Notes under the pieces: model-generated
Databases searched by the model: none
What the model saw: only the letters and a program-made list of their open reading frames with translations
What the model was told of the DNA's origin: nothing
Program-made: the position numbers and the translations under genes
Shown: one piece after another, positions 42,052 through 53,950 of the stretch
How positions within the stretch are numbered: the stretch's first letter is position 1
How the letters are laid out: the number at the start of each line of letters is the position of its first letter
Assembly: GCA_951406725.2 (NCBI GenBank)
Contig: OX597828.1
Location: forward strand, 62,124,001 to 62,188,000
Origin: Octopus vulgaris
Lineage: Eukaryota
Reading direction: 5' to 3'
Length of the DNA: 64,000 nucleotides

Positions 42052-42906
42052 ACATATGAGTTTTCCAAACATCCTAGGGTGTGAGGCTACACTCATGAAG
42101 TATCGAAGAGAGTTCTATAAAAAGCAAATTTAGATTGTAAGCAGACTTCCAAAGTTCTCTAATGATTCACAGTTTTATAAAAGGTTTTTAAAAAAACTTG
42201 TTAGCTTCACAGAAAAAGTAAATCCATAATGTAGGTGTAATTTCCGGAGATATGAGGAGATATTTCATACTCAGAGACGATGAATTTATCCATAATAAAG
42301 TAGGTATAATTTCCTGATATATGAGAAGATGCTGATCACATTTCTGTTCATTTCACAAAACTACTATGTTGGAATTATATTGGCTAAAAGAAGTTAGTGG
42401 AGCAGAAGAACCGCCCAAATAGGGCATTATGGGACAACTGAGAGGAAAGGGGTGTAAGTATACAACCTACACAGGATAGTCTATTTCTGTGGTGACAGAA
42501 AGTCTAGGTTAGAGTTGCAGGAATCTGAGATTTATAAAAGAGAACATTACTTTTGACCAGCATACAGCCGTTAACTGCCAATCCTACAGAGTTAAAGCAG
42601 ATATAAGAATATAAAGAGAACAAGAGAAAGTATATATATATATATATATATATAAAACTCTGAGTTTCAGATGCCGAAGTGGAAATCCACAACACCATCT
42701 CTTCGGTTATCTGGCTATTTGAAAACGCTATGAAAAAATAGCGTTATACAAAGGGAAATTACTGTGTTATAACTCTGCTTGCCTGCATACTTATACAACG
42801 ATCGCATTTTTCGTCATAAAAATTATATAAAAATACATAAAAAAATATATTAAAAATATATAAAAATATATAAAATCTTCTTGGGACATAACATAGAAAG
42901 CATGTT

Positions 42907-43980
42907 CTATCTGTTTTCTTTAGGGGACCAAAAACGTAACAGAAATTTAGTCACATGTGGGCATGATCCGAAAAGTTCTGTCCTTGTATTAAGACATGTA
43001 GTAGGGTCTAAGCTGCTTTTCCAGATAAGCCATCTCTCCATGTCGCATAGACCGCACCTTCCGCTGCCGTTGGTATAGGGCTTACATCTGGCCAAAATCT
43101 TCCAATGTATGTTATAATCGACACCTTTATCTCTTAAAGACCGAATATGATTAGATAATTGTGTCGCTTTTCTTTTGTTTCAGTGCCTAAAGCTCAAAGT
43201 GTGGTTATTGAACCTGGCCTTGAAGTTACCCTCTGTAAGGCCCACGTATTTCTTCATCGAAACGGTGTCTTTAGTGGTTATAGAGTTTACGGTAGCTTCA
43301 TATATGATGGTCTTGGACATGCAAGCTCCATTTAGCGGGCACAATTCTTTATTCCTGCATGAACAGCTGTTTTCTTGTGTTTTTTGTATGTTATGTTTGA
43401 TTATGTTTTTAAAATTGGTAGTGGAAATAAAACTAATTTTTAAATTGTGTCTATTGAAGAGTTTCCTATAAGTATGGTTAACTAGAAAATGTCTATCTAT
43501 CAGTGCTAGGAAATATTTACCTATATTGAAGGCCACCTCGGGTGAGTAAGGGGGCGTAAACCAGATGACCTTCCTATTTCTATTATTCCTTTTCCTTACT
43601 GTTGGGCTAGTAATGGGTGTATATTTTATTTTTTCGCAAAAACCACTATCTTTTAAAGCCTTATTATAAACTGGGGCAACGCTATTGAAGATGTCCTTAT
43701 CAGAGGAGAGGCTAGAAATCCTCTTACTAATATTTTTAACTAAATTTTTGAATACTATAGGGGGATGGCATGAACCTACATTAATATAACTTAGTCTATC
43801 ATTGGGCTTCCTATAAGGCTTATAAATATTCTTATTAAGATCTAAGGAAACGTCTAAGAAATTGACAACCGTCAGGTTAGTATCTATAGTTATACTAAGT
43901 CCGAAGTATTTCATTAACTGGATAATATCCTTCCTAAAACGATCTTGTGCTGGTCCATTTGTATTAGCTGTTAAGGCGAG
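42907..43980 (-). pseudogene. Penelope-like RT/GIY-YIG endonuclease ORF, C-terminal part
   Basis: VNFLDV, YRKP, SCHPP, WFTPPYS, CSCR..CPLNGAC, IIYEATV..YVGLTE..FKARFNNH, CGLC. One continuous frame broken only by a TGA at 43180-43182. Confidence 0.9.
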
Positions 43981-43982
43981 GC

Positions 43983-44100
<118 letters not shown>

Positions 44101-44145
44101 TAATTTCCCTTTGTATAACGGTATTTTTTCATAGCGTTTTCAAAT

Positions 44146-44218
44146 AGCCAGATAACCGAAGAGATGGTGTTGTGGATTTCCACTTCGGCATCTGAAATTC
44201 AGAGTTTTATCTTGACTA
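44146..44218 (+). ncRNA. Hammerhead-like motif with CCGAAGA core (also at 42651-42716 minus)
   Basis: AGATAA CCGAAGA GATG...CATC T GAAA (T/C)TC A GAG TT TTATCT. 6-bp stem I, GUU site. Confidence 0.55.
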
Positions 44219-44310
44219 TCGAGTAATGTAACATATTATTGTATAGATAAATTTCCTCTATTTACATAATATTGAGGTCTCTTTCTTTCTTTTGTTATCT
44301 TACCGTTTTC

Positions 44311-44370
<60 letters not shown>

Positions 44371-44424
44371 TATACATATACACACATATATATATACACA
44401 TATACATATACACACACACACACA

Positions 44425-44668
44425 GAGGGTGTTCAAAAAGTCTCTCCGCAGTAAGTGTTTAATTGCAAATTAAATATTTATAAAATGGTATAAGACTACA
44501 AAAGAATAAATCAGACTTTACAAGACTTTAAAAAACGTTATAAGAGATGTTGAAAGTGTTGTCCTTCATTTTCAATACATAAGTTGACTCTTCTACACAT
44601 ATTTTGAAATACATCTTGGATAGTCAGGATGAAAAAATTCACTGCAGAGAAACTTTTTGAACACCCTG
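44425..44668. mobile_element. Tc1/mariner-derived MITE (244 bp)
   Basis: TIRs gagggtgttcaaaaagtctctccgcagt / actgcagagaaactttttgaacaccctg, with TA on the right. Confidence 0.8.
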
Positions 44669-44680
44669 TATGTGTATATA

Positions 44681-44812
<132 letters not shown>

Positions 44813-44836
44813 CAGATAGGGAGAGAGAGAGAGAGG

Positions 44837-45002
<166 letters not shown>

Positions 45003-46107
45003 TAGATAGATAGATATAACAGTGGTGACGACGATTTAAACAACTCACGAGAAGTCAACAAATTCACAAAGTTTTGTTGTCTGAATTTTGCGAAAAAGAA
45101 AAATCGTAAAAAATTATGGAAAATTTGTTGGCCAGTTTGCTCGAGTTGCAAAAACAGGAATTACAACAACTGAAAGAACAACAACAATTACTATGACAAC
45201 AACAAATGCTGCAATTAATGAAGTCGTCAGAAAATTCAGAAAAAATCTTCTTGCCAGACAATGTCGCGAACTCGATAAGAGAGTACAAATACGAACCTGA
45301 CGAAGGAGTTACCTTCGAAGCATGCTACTGAAGATCTGAGCAAATCTTCGAGAAAGAATGTAAAGATTGGGACGACAAGATGAAAACACGCTTAATCTTG
45401 AGAGAACTGGTGACAATAAAGTAATTATGTACTCACAAGAAAACCTTCGAACATAAACTTTAATAACACAATAGATATATTGCGAAAGATTTCCAGTAAA
45501 GAAAGCTCATTGTTCAACATACGTTGGAAGTGTCTGAACATAGAGAAAACAACGACGAGAATTCCATCACATAGGCTGGTAGAGTAAACAAGGAATGGAA
45601 GAAGTTTAAGCTGGACGAATTAACGCCGGATATGTTCAAATGCCTGGTTTTTAAACAGGGACTTACTGCCGAAAAGGACGCAGAAGTTAGAACTAGAATT
45701 CTCGCAAAGCTGGAACAAAACCATGATGTAACCCTGCAGCAAGTGTCAGAAGAATGTGAAAGTATAGTCAAATTAAGACACGACACAGAGAAATTTGAAC
45801 GTAAAGATTGTTTCTATGTAAAGCAAGTGCAAAATAATCAGAATAGAGACATGTGGAGGTATACACCTGAGGAAAAATTGTCCATTTAAGAAAGCGGAAG
45901 TGCATATAAAGACGCACTGTAGAACGAAGATGACAAGACATCAGAACTAGGAAAAAGAATAAATAGTTTCTCATCAGAAGAAATTAGTAATATAACGATG
46001 AGGAAATTCGTGAAGGTGAAAATCAGAAATACAAGTGTTAAAATGTCGTTGGAAACTGGTAGTGATATCACCATTATAAACGAAAAAAACTTGGAAATAT
46101 GTCGGTA

Positions 46108-46256
46108 CATTGTTTGCATTATTTACATTATTTACATTTTACGGATATTTGCCTCATCTTATGTATTGTTAACACAACGTTTCGGCTGATATACTCTTCA
46201 GCCTTCGTCAGGTGTCTTGGGGAAATTTCGAACCTGGGTTCTAAATATAGAACTGT
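46108..46256 (-). mobile_element. 149-bp hammerhead-carrying retroposed insertion
   Basis: 12-bp TSD aatatgtcggta at 46096-46107 and 46257-46268. Removing the insert restores protease TWKYVGKP. Confidence 0.9.
46171..46216 (-). ncRNA. Type I hammerhead ribozyme, canonical core
   Basis: GACAC CTGACGA A GGCTGA agagtata TCAGCC GAAA CG TT GTGTT. 5-bp stem I, 6-bp stem II, palindromic AACGTT, GUU site. Confidence 0.88.
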
Positions 46257-46888
46257 AATATGTCGGTAAACCGTAATTAATTAAATTGAAAAAGGTAGCA
46301 GATGGTGTTGCGGGGAAAATATTCTATTTTTTCGGTGAATTCGCATGTAATGTAACATTTCGAGGTCAAACGAAAAAGGCAAAGATATATGTATTAAAAG
46401 ATTCACTTAATTTATTCGGCACAGAGTGGATGGAACTATTCAAATTGTAGGATACACCCATAAGTGTTCTATGTGGAAATATAGTTGAGTCAGTCAAAGG
46501 TTCAAATGAGGCCGAAGGACTGAAACAAAAAATAAAATTATTTCCAGATTTTCTTTGGAAGAACTGGATTTTGGTACAAAAAACAAAACCCTAATTGCTG
46601 TAAAATAAAGTGCAACACTGGTCTTTAGAGAAAGAAATGAAAAATTTGCCCACTATAAAAAGTAAACATTGTTCAAAAGTAGATGTTCTGTGGTCGAGAA
46701 TACGCATCGATGTTGCTGGTCTTTTAAACGTTTATTACTACTTAGAGGTAGTCGACAGTTCTTCGAAATGACCTGAAATTTGTAAGTGTAAAAAACCAAC
46801 CTCCTCAACTGTGATAAATTTTTGACACGAATTGTTTGCGCGGTTTGGCATCCCAGACAAGATAGTGTCTGACAATGGAACGCAATTT

Positions 46889-47539
46889 GGATCTTTTCGC
46901 TTTGAACGGCAGTTTTTAACATAATTTCTAGGTAACTAAAAAATTTTTAACTTCGTATACTGGTAGAATGTGTTTATAAAACATCTTTTTCTCTTGGCTT
47001 TCTTGAGAAAATTATGTAGTTTGTAACATATTTCGTCTTTAATTTCTTGCATTTCGGCAATTTCAACCAATCAATTACGTCCATTGATGAAACAACATTC
47101 TGTGCATAATGAATATGTCCCTCCTTTAAGAAACAGATTGGGTTTATTTACATTTGTGAAAAAAAAAAAAAGATACCCTTCCCCCACCCCTAACCCTAAC
47201 CCTAACTCTAACTAACCCTAACTAGCCCTAAATCTAAATTAGATTGAAATGCAATAGATCGATACTAGGGTCATAATTATGGGTGATAATTTCATATGAC
47301 ACCGCTAGAAAAAACTGCCATTTTCTCTAGCGGTGTCATATTAAATTGTCACCCATAATTATGACCCTAGTATCGATCTACTGCATTTCAATCTAATTTA
47401 GATTTAGGGCTAGTTAGGGTTAGTTAGGGTTAGGGTTAGGGTTAGGGATGGGGGAAGGGTATCTTTTTTTTTTCTTCACAAATGTAAATAAACCTAATCT
47501 GTTTCTTAAACGAGGGACATATTCATACGGCACAGATCC
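46889..47539. mobile_element. Non-autonomous DNA transposon (GG..CC ends, 8-bp TSD; Merlin- or hAT-like) with internal palindrome
   Basis: TSD cgcaattt at 46881-46888 and 47540-47547. Termini GGATCT/AGATCC. Interrupts integrase SDNGTQF|VS. Contains (CCCTAA)n and (TTAGGG)n. Confidence 0.88.
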
Positions 47540-48398
47540 CGCAATTTGTGTCAAGCGAATTTTGGAAATTTTGTGAAACGCTTGCAGTAGAACATATAAT
47601 TACGGCGCCATACCATCCCAGATCTAACGGGAAGGCAGAACGCTTTGTCGACATCTTCAATATACTCCTTAGAAAATCGAATAAGGAAGTCACGGATGAG
47701 GTAGCTCTAAAACAATTTTCGAGAATGTACCGTGTGACATCAAATCCGAATACACCAGCAGGTAAATCACCAGCGGAGCTGATGTTTGAAAGGAAAGTAG
47801 AATCAGTCTTTGATAAATTGCTACCTGGCAAGAAAAGAAAAGAGCCAAGGAAGACATAGCAAGATTCTTTAAAACTGATGAAAAGGTGTATATAAGGGCA
47901 TACAAGAATTTGAAAGCAGAACTGGGAAGAAGGCAAAATTACCAAATGCATAGGTAAAATAATGAAAATGATGTATTGGGTAAAAAGTAGAAAAGGTGTA
48001 CAAAAGAGACACAGGAACCAACTGTAAAAGAGATTCGTGGAAAGCGAATCAAAGAAGTTGGGGAACCGTTGGAATGGTTGTGCGATACGTTCCAAGTACC
48101 AACGCCACAGCAGGTGATTGAACCCAGGCGTACAAGTGAAAGGAAAAGAAAACATACAGAGTTCCTGAAAATAGATGCCAAGCGCAGAAAATATTAAATT
48201 GTACCCAAAAAAGCTCAAAAAAGGGAGGTGGGTGTGAATAAAAAACAGTATTGCTAAATAAAATGACCTTTCGTAAGAAAAACTTAAAAGGAGAGATGTA
48301 GGAAATTAGTAATAATGGTACACCCCTCCCGTGTGATGAATGGAATAACCTAGACACTATAAATAAAGAGAAGTACTTGAAGTACCGGAGTACGTAGT

Positions 48399-50300
48399 TG
48401 GCGATTTTGTAGTTGACAGGTGTTATTTTTGAAGTGGACTTATTGAAGTCGGAGTGTTATTGTGAGTAGTGCGTAAATTAATTGTTGAATATTGCTGTTT
48501 GTTATTATTGTGAATTTTTTGTTGCGAAATTTTGTTGTGTTAATTTTTCCCGTTGAGGAAAATGGAGACGGCGCCAGCGGGCGGCCATAGTTATGCTGCC
48601 GCAACTGGAAAAAGAACAGAAGAGAAGACGTTAGAGACCTACGACATCAAGGTTGAACCAAGAAAGATGAAAACATGCGAAAAGCTGCTAGAGAAGGAGG
48701 GCCAGACGTTGAAGTTGACGCCTCCGGCTGAGCTGACAAACGGCATAGTAAAGAGAACTGTCACCTACAAGACAACGAGAATCGCGACAAGAAAAATAGA
48801 GGTTGCATCTGTGGAGGAAATAGAAAAAGTATTGGAGAACATGAAAAAGCTGATAGTCTTCAGAACGAGAGGAAGAAAGTATGCCACGGTGGATGTGCGC
48901 TTCACGTCGGAAGAGGAGGCAATTAAGCATGCAACGGAGGCAATACGCCCAGAGGAATGGATACTTTTGCCGTCGTACTGTGGCAAACGCGTGGCTAGAG
49001 TACGAGTAGGACAAGTATCCCTGAACTGGAAGAGGCATGGCTCATGACAGCCATAATGTATAACATGCAGGACGGGGCCAAGATATTAAAGGCCACAAGG
49101 ACCAATAAACTTGACCACTGGGGCTATGGGATAGAACTTACTATCCAAGCAACTGTGGGCGATCTAAATAGGATTGTGGAAGAAATAGTGATGCCTGACG
49201 GCTTTGCACTGAGAAAGGCAGGCCGCCTGTATGCTTTGGATGTGGAGAGAAAGTCCACATGAAGGCGAGGTGCCCACAGAGAGAGCGGAAAGAGACACAA
49301 GAAGGTGTGGAACAGGCAGTACAGGTAGAAAATGAAGAGAAAGCAGCGGATGAGGGATTCACGCTGGTTGAAAGAAAAAGAAGGAGAAGCGGAAGAGTAA
49401 GCCCGCCACCGGCTAGCCAGAAAAAGAAGAAAGAAGAGGCGGAAAAGAAAGGTGAGATGAGAAGGAAAGCTGACAAAAGTATGGTGGAGAAAGAAAGTGG
49501 GAAAATAATTAGTAAGGTGTGCGAGAACGAATTACAGGAGGAAACAAGGTTGAAGACGTCAGTGGATTTGGCGAAGGAGAAAGATACTGGAGCGCAACTA
49601 CACGATGGTGAGATGGAAAAATTGTTCACAGTAGAGACAGAGAAGGAGACGATGTCAAAACCGGAGGGAGAGAGTACTCAGGAGATATATTCAATAAGAG
49701 AGATGGGAAATACAGAAAAGAGGGAAGAACAGGTGGAATTTCGTAACGTGTGCCAAAAACAAGGAAGTTGGAAAGAGAATTGTAAAATTTAAACATATCA
49801 TAAGAGTAAAATTACCCAGCGACACATACTCAGAAAACGTCAAGGCCATTGTGGTCGATAAAGAGACTTATAAGAGACTCGTAGAAATGTGAGGAAGTAG
49901 GATTGACCCAGCAAGAGTATTGGTGGAGTTCGACCAACTACCACCAGTAATCGAACTTACAGATCTGGAGCCTTATATGAGGCATTAAAAGGAGGGGAAA
50001 AAAGAGTAAGTAAAGTTACTTTGTTTAAAAAAAGAAGGGAAAAAGTGCTTCGAAGGAAAAAGAGAAAAAAAACGACAATTAAGAAAAAAACAACAGACAA
50101 TATAACATGATTGTAAGAACAGTTTGTACTAATGTTTAAATGGTACTGTATGAGGAGTGGGGCCCATGCAGCCATTCATCTTACATTTTTATATAATTCA
50201 TATTCATTTGTTATATGTTTATTGTCCCCACTGTGGTGTTGTGTCTGTCCTTGTAGTGTCCTCTCTGTGTTAAGTGGCCTGAGTGCCAAAATAAAGAATC
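48399..50300 (+). mobile_element. ORF1-only L1/Tx1-like retroelement inserted in the Gypsy 3' LTR
   Basis: TSD agtacgtagt at 48389-48398 and 50301-50310. ORF1 has SYAAA, an RRM-like segment, knuckle CFGCGEKVHMKARC and GFTLVERKRRR. No ORF2. Ends aataaagaatc. Confidence 0.8.
48562..49792 (+). pseudogene. Gag-like/ORF1 nucleic-acid-binding protein, frameshifted
   Basis: Three consecutive ORF pieces (48553-49047, 49044-49262, 49259-49792). CX2CX4HX4C at ~49232-49273. Confidence 0.75.
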
Positions 50301-51050
50301 AGTACGTAGTAGGCGGTCAGAGATAATCGTGTCTTTACTGGTTTTACTGAGTATAATGTACACCAAAGTGGGCGTTATAACAATCCAACATTGTTATAAC
50401 TGCATGTATGTATGTATGTATGTATGTATGTATGTATGTATGTATGTATGTATGTATGTATGTATTTATGTATGTATGTATGTATGTATGTATGTATGTA
50501 TGTATGTGTGTATGTATGCATGTTTGTATGTATGTATGTATTTATGTATGTATGTATGTATGTATTATGTATGTATGCATGTATGCATGTTTGTATGTAT
50601 GTATGTATGTATATGTGTATGTATGTATGTATGTATGTATGTATGTGTGCATGTATGCATGTATGTATGTATGTATGTATGTATGTGTGCATGCATGTAT
50701 GTATGTATGTATGTATGTATGTGTGCATGTATGCATGTTTGTAGGTATGTATGTGTGTGTATGTATGCAAGTGTGTATGTATATATGTATGTATGTGTGT
50801 GTATGTGTTTATGTGTGTATGAATGTATGTATACTGAGTTAAAAATAATGATTCATTGAAATACATCTGTTTGGGTTGTGTTGAATCGAAAATTCCCTGA
50901 TTCAGTAACACCAAGCATAAAATTCAGGAAGTAAATACGTGTAACCAGCACAAAAGAGCAAGAAAAATTGGGGAAATGCAGTTTTAACAAATAAAGAATA
51001 AATTCAAGAAAAGATTTGACTGATCTGATCTTCTTTTGCAGGAAATGGAT

Positions 51051-51100
51051 AACTATGCCTACGCGTTTCGGTCTTTTCATTGACCTCGTCAGTATAATTC
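51051..51100 (-). ncRNA. Type I hammerhead ribozyme motif
   Basis: AATTATA CTGACGA GGTC aatgaaaa GACC GAAA CGCG TA ggcATAGTT. Stem I is imperfect next to the core. Lies in a ~315-bp unit between microsatellites. Confidence 0.7.
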
Positions 51101-51467
51101 AGTCTTAACTTGCCCGATTATCAGTTTTAGATATGTACAATACATATATTAGGAGGTCTGTGTGTGTGTGTGTTTGTGTCTCTGTGTGTGCGCGCGCGCA
51201 CGTCTGTGCGTGTGCGTCTGTGTGCGTGTGCGCGTGTGTGCGTATGTGTGTGTGTACATGCATACATTTACGCAAACAGGTTGCGTGACATATGCAGTCA
51301 TACATAAACACAGGCACATGCAGCCAGTTAGACATACACACACACAGACAGGCTGGCCGACAGGCAGACAGGCGAATAGAGAAACAAATAGACTGACGGG
51401 CGAACAGAAAGACAGACATGCAGATAGATATATCAGTCAAACAGACAGACTGACAGACAGACAGACT

Positions 51468-51499
<32 letters not shown>

Positions 51500-51532
51500 C
51501 AGATAGATAGATAGATAGATAGATAGATGGAT

Positions 51533-51582
<50 letters not shown>

Positions 51583-51939
51583 GCTGTTAACATCGGGTCC
51601 AGCAGCACCATTACTGACCATCATCATCATCGTCATTGTTATCATCATCATCGTCATCATCACCATCGTCAACAGCAGCAGCAGCAGCATTAGTCCACAG
51701 TGTTGACAGCCAGTGAAGAATAGATAGATATTTAATCCGTCCTGATACGTGAGACGTGTTCTCATTACTCTGTTACTTGCCGGACATATCCGACTTTTGG
51801 TAAACCGAGTAGATAACATGGCGCCTTTCTTACTGGATACATAACGCCATCCCTAACACACACACACACACACACACACGTCTGTGCTATATATGTGTAT
51901 ATGTTTGTGTGAGTGTGTCTGTATGTATGTGTGTGTGTG

Positions 51940-51983
<44 letters not shown>

Positions 51984-52095
51984 AACATCTGTACATTTAT
52001 TCGCGTATATGCGTGCGTGAATAAGTAAATAAATATATATATGTATGTATATTCTATATACATATATATACACACACCTATTCAGTGTATTCACT

Positions 52096-52148
<53 letters not shown>

Positions 52149-52449
52149 TGTAGCAGTAGCAGTAGCAGTCTGGCAAGTCGGCGTTAGTCGTCTGGTAACA
52201 GACGAATTTCAGCAGTTGCTCCCAGAGGAAAGAAGTTTCTTAAAGGAATGAGATAAACGGAGGAAAGAGTTGGAGAGGGATTAGAGAAGGAAGGATAAAG
52301 AGAAGGAAAGATAGAAAGTGATAGTGAGGGGTGGAATAGGGGAGGCATACAGAGGGGAAGAGGGGACAGGAAAATGAAAGGAATAAGAAAGGGAGTAGGG
52401 GAGAAAAAGGATGGAAAAGACACTGTAGAAATGTCGGCACATATGTTTT

Positions 52450-52842
52450 TTTATTCTTTCATTTGTTTCAGTCATTTGACTGCGGCCATGCTGGAGCACC
52501 ACCTTTAGTCAAACAAATCGACCCCAGGGTCGATTTGTAAGCCTAGTACTTGTTCTATCGGTCACTTTTGCCGAACCACTAAGTTACAGGGTCATAAACA
52601 CACCAACATCGGTTGTCAAGCGATGGAGAGGCAAACACAGACTCATAAACACACACATACACACACACACATACGCACACATATATACATATATATATAC
52701 GACGGACTACCAAATCCACTCACAAGGCTTTGGTCGGCCCGTGGCTATAGTAGAAGACACTTGCCGAAGGTGCCAAACAGTAGGACTGAACCCAGAATCA
52801 TGCGGTTGGTAAGCAAGCTACTTACCGCACAGCCACTCCTGC
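52450..52842 (-). mobile_element. SINE family B, full length
   Basis: Colinear with 33408-33806. Confidence 0.85.
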
Positions 52843-52869
52843 GCCGCGTATATGTTAGTGTGTGTGTGT

Positions 52870-53950
52870 ACAATCTTATATTTCCACATGCATCCCCAGA
52901 AACAACGAAGAATATAACACCATTATCCAAAGCTTTCCAATATTACATAAGGACTCCAAGCTGTACGAAATTCTATGCTCCCATAAAATCATTAAAAGCA
53001 ACAAACAGCCAAAACCACTAAAGCGGATACACACAAATGCAAAACTACACTCAAAAATAATGGAAACAAGAGTTAAAAAATGTAGACAACCGAACTGTGG
53101 AACATGTCAACCGTGGAACATGTAGACAACCGAACTGTGGAACGTAATGGAAGGCTCCGAATTCCATTTTAAACAAGGACTAAAATTTAAAATTAAAACT
53201 GACTTCACTTGTGCCTCTGAAAATCTCATCTACGTCATAACATGTTCCGATTGCAGTAGAAACTATATAGGTTCAGCAGAAATGTCTGTAAGACGTAGAT
53301 CTACACTAGACAGACAACAAATTTACCAACCCCAATAATGTCAAATACCATTCAGTGGTCACATAAACAGATGTACTATGGAACGCCAACCACAGTTCAC
53401 AATATTTCCACTATACCAATGTACGGAAAGGACCTCAACTCAACAACGACTAAATAAAGAGGATACATTTATTGAAAACTACAAGCCAGAAATTAACATG
53501 AATATATAATGGACTTCACACAAAAAAACAACCAAAGAAAGGAAAAAAGATTTACCTCCTCTTAGCTAAGAAATATGATATCCACTGATTATCCTTTTAG
53601 CTAAAAAAAACAACATTATATTCACTCATTATCCCCTTTGAGCTATACTCTCCTGTATAACCGCTGCTTCTACGCAAGATTAAATCAAAATCTTATTATG
53701 ATTTCATAATACTGAGTCATGATTACCGAAGCGAAACCGGTCGACTCTGTACATATTGTAATGGATTAAATAATCTTTATCTACACAAAAAAGATTCCTG
53801 TGCTTTTCACCTTAAATCTTATTTTAAATCTACTACTTTGTGGAATCTCCCTCCGAATTTTTCATTATTTAGAAATGGGTTTCAAGTCCTTAACCCAGGG
53901 TAGCCCCATAGACCAGCCACAACTACCTTTATCTAAATATTCTACTGCTC
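52870..53950 (+). mobile_element. Penelope-like element 3' end (Neptune-type GIY-YIG) with pLTR
   Basis: KQPKPLKR, CRQPNCGTC, FTCASENLIYVITCSDCSRNYIGS. Stops present. Hammerhead-like motif downstream. Confidence 0.85.
53710..53751 (+). ncRNA. Degenerate minimal hammerhead motif
   Basis: TACtGAGTC ATGATTA ccgaagc GAAA CCGG TC GACTCtGTA. 8-bp stem I, palindromic ACCGGT, GUC site. Core has two changes from CTGATGA. Confidence 0.55.

Larger units (their letters stand above)
45015..50382 (+). mobile_element. Decayed Gypsy/Ty3 LTR retrotransposon with three nested insertions
   Basis: TATAACA then PBS TGGTGACGAC (45023). Gag-like EVRTRIL, protease LETGSDITII, integrase GIPDKIVSDNG and APYHPRSNGKAERFV. 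PPT aaaaagggagg (~48218). 3' LTR ends TATAACA at 50382. RT/RNaseH deleted. Confidence 0.88.

Noticed and set aside
43180-43182. Single in-frame TGA in the Penelope ORF as selenocysteine recoding
   Set aside because: The position (SFRH*NKRK) is not a Cys-motif site, CGA>TGA decay is simpler, and no SECIS was identified by eye.
47187-47447. Opposed (CCCTAA)n/(TTAGGG)n as a telomere fusion site
   Set aside because: The repeats are short and degenerate and lie inside a TSD-bounded transposon with an inverted duplication.
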